Shown here piece after piece: positions 51,389 through 64,000 of a DNA stretch of 64,000 nucleotides (positions are counted from its first letter, which is position 1; each line of letters begins with the position of its first letter). Below the pieces are notes generated by a model. The model was not told the origin of the DNA and did not search any database. It was given only the letters and a program-made list of their open reading frames with translations. The stretch comes from Sphagnum compactum (lineage: Eukaryota). The stretch spans positions 1,116,001-1,180,000 of the forward strand of contig OZ234493.1 of assembly GCA_965153455.1 (NCBI GenBank), given 5' to 3'. A program made the position numbers and the translations under genes.

Positions 51389-53585
51389 GTTTGTTAACCC
51401 TTTGACCACTTTGTTCTACAACTATCAATAAGTTTTGATAGATCAATGCCACAACTTCCTTGTTGCTAAACATGGCATTTTTGTTTCCAAATTGTTGAAG
51501 GAATCCATTATTGTGATCGTGCAAATGTGTTGAGATATGTGTTGTAAACTCCCAAAAAGAGAGGAAATAATATGATACTAGTGTAAAATCTTAACTTGAT
51601 GATCTCCTTTAAGAAGTTGTGGAGAATAATAAAATACATTAGGGATACGATCTCAACAAATGTTTGCAAAACAATAAAAGGGCACATTGCATTTGTTTAC
51701 ACATTTCTTAATAATTGCAAATGTATTTTGTTGTTTCATGATATGGAATCAAACCTCAGAGAATTTGACTTGCAAGACTCTATGGAAATTTGAGAGAATA
51801 CATTTGTAGAACCTTAAAAGACATGAAAAAATGACATTTGAAGTAGATATTGAAATGTAATCCATAAATAACAACAATTTTTTTGAAAAAAAAGGTCAAC
51901 AAAAAGGTGAAAAATAACAATGAATGAGAAATATGGTATCCAGTTTATTTAATGTAACCTAATCTGTTTGAAATATTAGGTAGGTTGTTTTGACCAACTC
52001 CAACCCCCACCAATATGCTATGCCAATCATGTTGTTGGGTACCAACTCAATTTGACCAATTCCAACCCACAACCTACATTATAACATGTTGATAATGTAA
52101 AAGGATGGCAACCAAAGTAGTGTTTTTTCTACTAGTGATTTTTTGCATTGTGACAATAATAATAATAAGTAAAAAAAAATGAAGAAATTATCTTTTTAAA
52201 GGTGTTCTCACCATTTTTTGAACGATCCTAAAAAATTGCCAAAAATGTAGAAAGGTGTTTGATGTGATTATTTTGGGGATGATGATACAACAAGAAACTC
52301 ATTAAACAAGCATTAAATAGACCTAGGTCAAATAAATAAATAAATAAAATATATAGATTTGAAACATTAAAAACTCATAATTGTCATTAAATTATGTTTG
52401 GTATTGATGAAAAACTATTTTACCTATTTAACTATAATGAAAACCTATTTTACCCCTTACATTTGTTTGTTTTAATTTTACAACATGGCTATAATAAAGT
52501 ACAAAACCCAAACTCAGTATTAAACATATTGTTTAAGTTTGATAGACTATTCTACCCTAGGGTTAATTTTTTCATTAAATAATCCTTAAAATAATTTCAA
52601 ATATCTTGTATTTGAATAATTCAATCAAACGTAATATTGTAAGAATCCACATGTAAAAGAATATATGAAAATATAAATAGCATCCAACAATAAGTCCAAA
52701 ACCCAAACTAGTGTTCAAAAGTGCAATGAGATGAACAATTGAAATATTATAACTCAATACAAATGAGGTGAATAATTTGGGTTCCACGTTGTTATGCAAT
52801 ACAAGTGACAATCAAGTGATGGAAAAAATGAATTGATTTTTATTTTTTTTGAAAATTAAGTTCCAGTTCAAATGAAAATATTGAACAACATTGTATGCAT
52901 TTTGAATTGAATTCAAATTTCTAAATTGAATTGAATTAATTTAAGATTTTAAATTCAATTCAAATTCAATTCAATTTATGTTTTCAAATTGATGACCATA
53001 TTGTTAACCTTATATCTATTTCACCTAAACCAATTTTGATTATCACCGTTACAAAAATCGATATATTAAATTAATCTTGAATTATAAGATGAATGTCTTA
53101 TGTGAGAGTAAAGATGACATAATGTGTTGGGATATCAACATTTGTATGGGAATCATTGGCATTGGCAAGTGGTTGTAAGTTTGAATTCACCGGATGTCCT
53201 AACCAAGTCCATTTTGACCTCTTCAAACTCTTTAGTAGCCACAAAAGCAACCATGTGAATTTTTATTTTTATTTTTGTCACCACATGCTAGCTTTTGTGG
53301 CTACCAAGTCAACAAATTTGATTAAAACATGATTTGAAATATTGAAAATAATGTATATTCGTTGTAGAGGATCCACATAGGATTGAAAATATTATATGAA
53401 TTTTTTATGAGTAGGAGTGAAAGCACAACAATGGAATCTAGAAGTTGGGCCCAAATTGTTGGGACCACCAATTTTGGCCCTTGTTAAATGCACATGTACC
53501 TTTGTATTTAGCCCAATTTATTGATCTCAAGCTACATTTTGGCTAAATTGGGGGGCCATGTTCTTGCCCTTTGATTGACCGATTT

Positions 53586-54529
53586 CGTGATAACTCTAAT
53601 ATGTCACAAGTATTCGAGAAACCTTCATCTTGGGTTGAATTAGTGCTAAGACAATGGCATGAAAAATCATTGCCTCCTCCGTGATAACTCTAATATGTCA
53701 CAAGCATTAGAGAAACCTTCATCTTGGGTTGAATTAGTGCCAAGACAATGACATGAAGAATCATTGCCTCCTCCGTGATAACTCTAATATGTCACAAGCA
53801 TTCGAAAAACCTTCATCTTGGGTTGAATTAGTGCCAAAACAATGGCAGGACGATTCATTACCTCCTCCGTAATAACTCTAATATGTCACAAGTATTCGAA
53901 AAACCTTCATCTAGGGTTGAATTAGTGCCAAGACAATGGCATGAAAAATCATTGCCTCCTTCGTGATAACTCTAATATGTCACAAACATTCGAGAAACCA
54001 TCATCTTGGGTTGAATTAGTGCCAAGACAATGGCATGAAGAATCATTGCCTCCTCCGTGATAACTCTAATATGTCACAAGCATTCGAGAAACCTTCATCT
54101 AGGGTTGAATTAGTGCCAAGACAATGGCATGAAGAATCATTGCCTCCTCCGTGATAACTCTAATATGTCACAAGCATTCGAGAAACCATCATCTTGGGTT
54201 GAATTAGTGCCAAGACAATGGCATGAAGAATCATTGCCTCCTCCGTGATAACTCTAATATGTCACAAGCATTCGAGAAACCTTCATCTTGGGTTGAATTA
54301 GTGCCAAGACAATGGCATGAAGATTCATTGCCTCCTCTGTGATAACTCTAACATGTCACAAGCATTCGAGAAACTTTCATCTTGGGTTGAATTAGTGCCA
54401 AGACAATGACATGAAGAATCATTGCCTCCTCCGTGATAACTCTAATATGTCACAAGCATTCGAGAAACCTTCATCTTGGGTTGAATTAGTGCCAAGACAA
54501 TGGCATGAAGAATCATTGCCTCCTCCGTG
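53586..54529. repeat. Minisatellite, 10 x 94 bp
   Basis: Unit CGTGATAACTCTAATATGTCACAAGCATTCGAGAAACCTTCATCTTGGGTTGAATTAGTGCCAAGACAATGGCATGAAGAATCATTGCCTCCTC, exact 94-bp period. Confidence 0.97.
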
Positions 54530-54884
54530 TCATGCAATTATGGAATTCCATTCGATATCATTCACCCACTTATACACCATGCAAAGCACATCTAGAGATC
54601 AAACTAGAGGAAAGTTTGGTAACCTTGTTGGGCCCCCCACTAGGTTATATGATGAGGAATACAATGGCCACCTTTAAATACAAGCAATACTACCCCAATA
54701 TGGGGTCACTTATAAGGGAAAGAGAGCCATTTAATCATTCAATAAGTTGACAAAAGAACCAAGTTCCCAAATTCTTTTGTTCTTTCTCATTTGTTTGGTT
54801 CTCTTGCCTAACCCAGGTTCATCATGGGTAAGGTACATAGAGGGGCAAAAACCTAACCAGTGCCCACCCTCAGGACTGGTTGGT

Positions 54885-55195
54885 TTGAGGTATGTGGTAA
54901 AAAAAAAAAGGTAGTAAATTTTTTTCTGGTAAATAGTATAAAAACTCACTTTTCTGGTTTAAAAAAAAAGAATATTGAACTCACATTTCTGGTTTCTAAA
55001 AAAGGTATTAAACTTGGCTTTCTGGCTTTTAAAAATACACGTAATTTTTTTATTTTTTTTCTGGCTAAAAGTAGTAAACTCGCCTTCCTGGTAAATAGAC
55101 GCCTTCTCTCTGGTTTGAAAAAAGTATTGAACTCGCCTTTTCTGGCCAATTATTTATAAAAAAAGGGTATTAAATAAAACTTGGCTTTCTGGTAT
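54885..55195. repeat. Degenerate ~30-40 bp tandem repeat upstream of RabE
   Basis: Recurring AACTC(G/A)C...TTCTGG(T/C)...AAAAA(G)GTA(T/G)T units. Confidence 0.6.
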
Positions 55196-56107
55196 ATAAT
55201 TTATTAAGAAAAAAGTGAGACGAGAATATGGGAGTACCTAATAATTATTATCAGAAGACATCATAGTGTACACCGACGAACAGTCGACGGATGGATGTGT
55301 ACGCGGGGAATGCGGATGATGAATCGATGAGGGAAGAAGATCTAAGCTTTTCTAGGGTTTCGCGCTCTAGCTTTCGCTTGTTGCAAGGTTTTTGATCTTA
55401 CGAGAACGGGAGACCAAGAAGGAAGAAGAAAGAAGAAGAAGGAGGGGGAGGAGACGATGACGCGCTCCCTTTATTCATCCTCGCGATAAGTATCGCCATC
55501 GCTTGATACTTACTTACGTTCTGAAGTCTTGTCTTTTTGTTCTTCATTATTATTATTTTTCCTTTTTGGTTTCCAAAATTTCCACGCTAGAAGGAGAGAG
55601 AGAGAGAGAGAGAGAGGGGGTGCTTTCCAGGAATATTCCCACGCAGATCGCATCGGTTTCCGGGCTCGTGGAAGGAAGAAAGGCGGGGGGGTTACGTGCC
55701 AAAGTACTGTGACGACGACTTACGGGAATCGCATTGCAACTGGCCTGGTGCGTCGTTGTGCATGGCCGATCTTTAAATCATAATAATAATAATGGGAATT
55801 TGTTGCAGAGCGGAACAGTATTTCTTCGTATTGCATCGCGTTTTTTGTGGCTGGCATCGACATCAACAAGTGTGATGTGTTTCTAGGCCTTTTTTTCTTA
55901 TTGTTTTCTCTCTTTTTTACTGTTTTATTTATTGTGATTTCAAGTGCAGGGGGTTAAGTTTGCTCGTCTGCACACTAAGTAAGGGTGGCAGCAGGAGGGT
56001 GGGGGGGAAGGGGGCGGGGGGGGGGGAGAAAGAAGCTGAATCCGGTATTCAGAAAGTGGTAGAAAGTGCGCTGATCATTTTGACGCAAAGAGAGCAGCAG
56101 CTAAGCC

Positions 56108-61888
<5,781 letters not shown>

Positions 61889-63684
61889 TTGGCAAGCTTG
61901 CAGAGTGGGTAATTGAAGATTGGACGATTGAGGTTGAAAGGAATGATCGTAGAGTGCTTGTGTGTGGGTTTCCTAAACTGTGATTGGCAGCAGCTTATTA
62001 AGATCAGGGTTTTATTATGTGCACTTTAAGAGAGTTGCTAGCATTGCTTTTGGACCGATCTCACATGTGAAAGGGACATGTGCTTAAGGCTCTTCTAAAT
62101 TGTTAAGGTTGCACCATGGAGTGCACCAATCCAGATGAAGGTTTTTTTGAGTTTCCTGTGTTGACATTTCCCCCTCTTTTGTATATTACTGATTCTTTTG
62201 CTTGTCTCATTTGTAAGGTAATGAGATAGTTGAGAGCACGTCCCTGTTAGTAACTTTGGTCTGGATATCTCCTAGGTCATATACTGGTGTGAATGTTGTA
62301 GTTTTAGCGAGCTCAAAGGATGTTCAATTACTGGGAGTTGCATGAAAATGGTACAAGAATGTCTAATTGGTGCATTTGGCTCAGGTATTCAATGCAAGAT
62401 AATACAGTAAGATTATGTAGCTTCATAACCTCAAACGGCAGTGATTTCTCTTTGCTTTAAAGAGTCAAGGATAGACTGACCATTTTGCGATGGATCCTCT
62501 ATGCTGGTTGGTGCAGGAAAGAGAGGTCCTGATCAGTCTACTGATAGGTCCTGACTTGGTTACTATGAGTATTTCTTTCACAGGCTGTTGGATATGACAT
62601 TGCCTCTTGCACAGGACGTTGCAGATTCAAATTTGGTGGAGACCAGTAGTAATGTGGGCAAGTAGGTTTGCAGGATGTTATGCAGCACACGTGGAAGGAT
62701 ATGAGCAAGTATTTGAAGCACCAGAACTGCATGAGCAACTGAATGCCTGCCTATCAGAGCTTGTAAGTGGAACAATATTGTCTTGTCCTTTCATCACAGC
62801 TTGTAAAAGGAGACATAATGTCAGAGCGTGTCAGGGAGGACTATCATGTATTATCTGATGGCCAGTAGGAGGACCCAGCTGAGCAGTGGGTGGCCGCATG
62901 CTGGGTCTGACCAATGGTTGTTGTATGATGGCACTTGGGAGAGATTCTGCAACATCATTAGGAAGTTGGTAGACAATTTTCTATACCTTAAGATGTTCTC
63001 TATGTGCCAGTTGCATGCATTTGGAGGAGCAGTTGCCCCAGGAATCTCAGGGTGAAGGGCAGAATCTCTCCCAGCTTGCATGCATTTGACCAAGTCGTTG
63101 CCCTAAGAAGCTTAGGGCGCAGGGCAGAATCTCCAGGTAATGGGGTTTTTTTTGGGGAAAAATGCTAGAACCTATGGATAAGGGTAATACTGCTTTGCCC
63201 AAAATACAGTGGTTTTGGGTTTAGGGTTTTCTGAAGATGCGATTCTGGGTGCGGACCAGATTTAGGGTTGTAAATTTAAAGTGTTACTGTTGTTCAATTT
63301 AACATGATTTCTAGTTTTCCTATTCAACACATAATTTGTCCAGAAATTTTTAAAAACAATGTGAAGAACATATTTTGAAACAAATCATGTTATTATGTCA
63401 CGTTTAGCTTTAATCTACAATGAGTTGAGGCATGTGTGCAATTTTCAAAGGCAGAAAACACTACAATCTCTTATCCTAAAGTCTGACTTGTATCACCTTT
63501 ATAATTTCTAAACTTAAAAAGTCTAACTTGCATTACCCTTGCATATGCAAATGAATTGTTAGATTCATGATAAACTTTGCAACACATCTTTCCTTAGAAG
63601 AAGACTTAACACTAGAGATTTAAGATTGAATTGACACAGGACTGAAATTAACAAACATTGACAAAATCACAACAATTGAATCCG

Positions 63685-64000
63685 CTGGTTCTCTCGTGAC
63701 TAGGTTTGGTCACTTCTCAGCCGTTGTTTATGATATCGCCCCGGTTCTCTCGTGCCTGGATTGCTCAGCCGTTGTTCTTGATGTCCTCCGGTTCTCATGT
63801 GACTGGATTTGGTCACTCCTCAACCGTTGTTCCTGATAATCCGCCGGTTCTCAAGTGACTGGATTTGGTCACTCCTCAACCGTTGTTTCTGATAATCCGC
63901 CGGTTCTCAAGTGACTGGATTTGGTCACTCCTCAACCGTTGTTTCTGATAATCCGCCGGTTCTCAAGTGACTGGATTTGGTCACTCCTCAACCGTTGTTT
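63685..64000. repeat. Minisatellite with ~56-bp unit, running off the window end
   Basis: CCGGTTCTCAAGTGACTGGATTTGGTCACTCCTCAACCGTTGTTTCTGATAATCCG at 63844, 63900 and 63956. Earlier units are more diverged. Confidence 0.95.

Noticed and set aside
53586-54529. CRISPR-like array (also 63685-64000)
   Set aside because: No unique spacers; whole units repeat, and the context is eukaryotic.

Overview
Eukaryotic, intron-rich land-plant genomic DNA. It is probably a bryophyte such as a Sphagnum-like moss; this is inferred from a flagellar-type gene, TTTAGGG tracts and the repeat landscape. Five spliced genes can be built with phase-compatible exons: (1) a 5'-truncated BTB/POZ plus trihelix (Myb/SANT-like) fusion gene (+); (2) a GH47 Golgi alpha-1,2-mannosidase, MNS1/2-like (+); (3) a PIAL-type SP-RING SUMO ligase (+); (4) an AT-rich minus-strand gene resembling the outer-dynein-arm factor CCDC151/ODA10, with a tandemly duplicated exon; (5) a RabE1/Rab8 GTPase (+). 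Intergenic DNA holds non-autonomous Helitrons, decayed LINE-like relics and minisatellites. The most unusual feature is a ~544-nt non-coding, heavily base-paired mobile element. Its seven copies all lie in introns in sense orientation. It has a fixed 3' end, 11-13 bp target-site duplications, one longer-than-unit insertion, compensatory base changes and a candidate double pseudoknot. It may be a retrozyme-like or circular-RNA-derived retroelement, but I could not recognise a known ribozyme core. All family assignments come from motif recognition by eye, not database searches.
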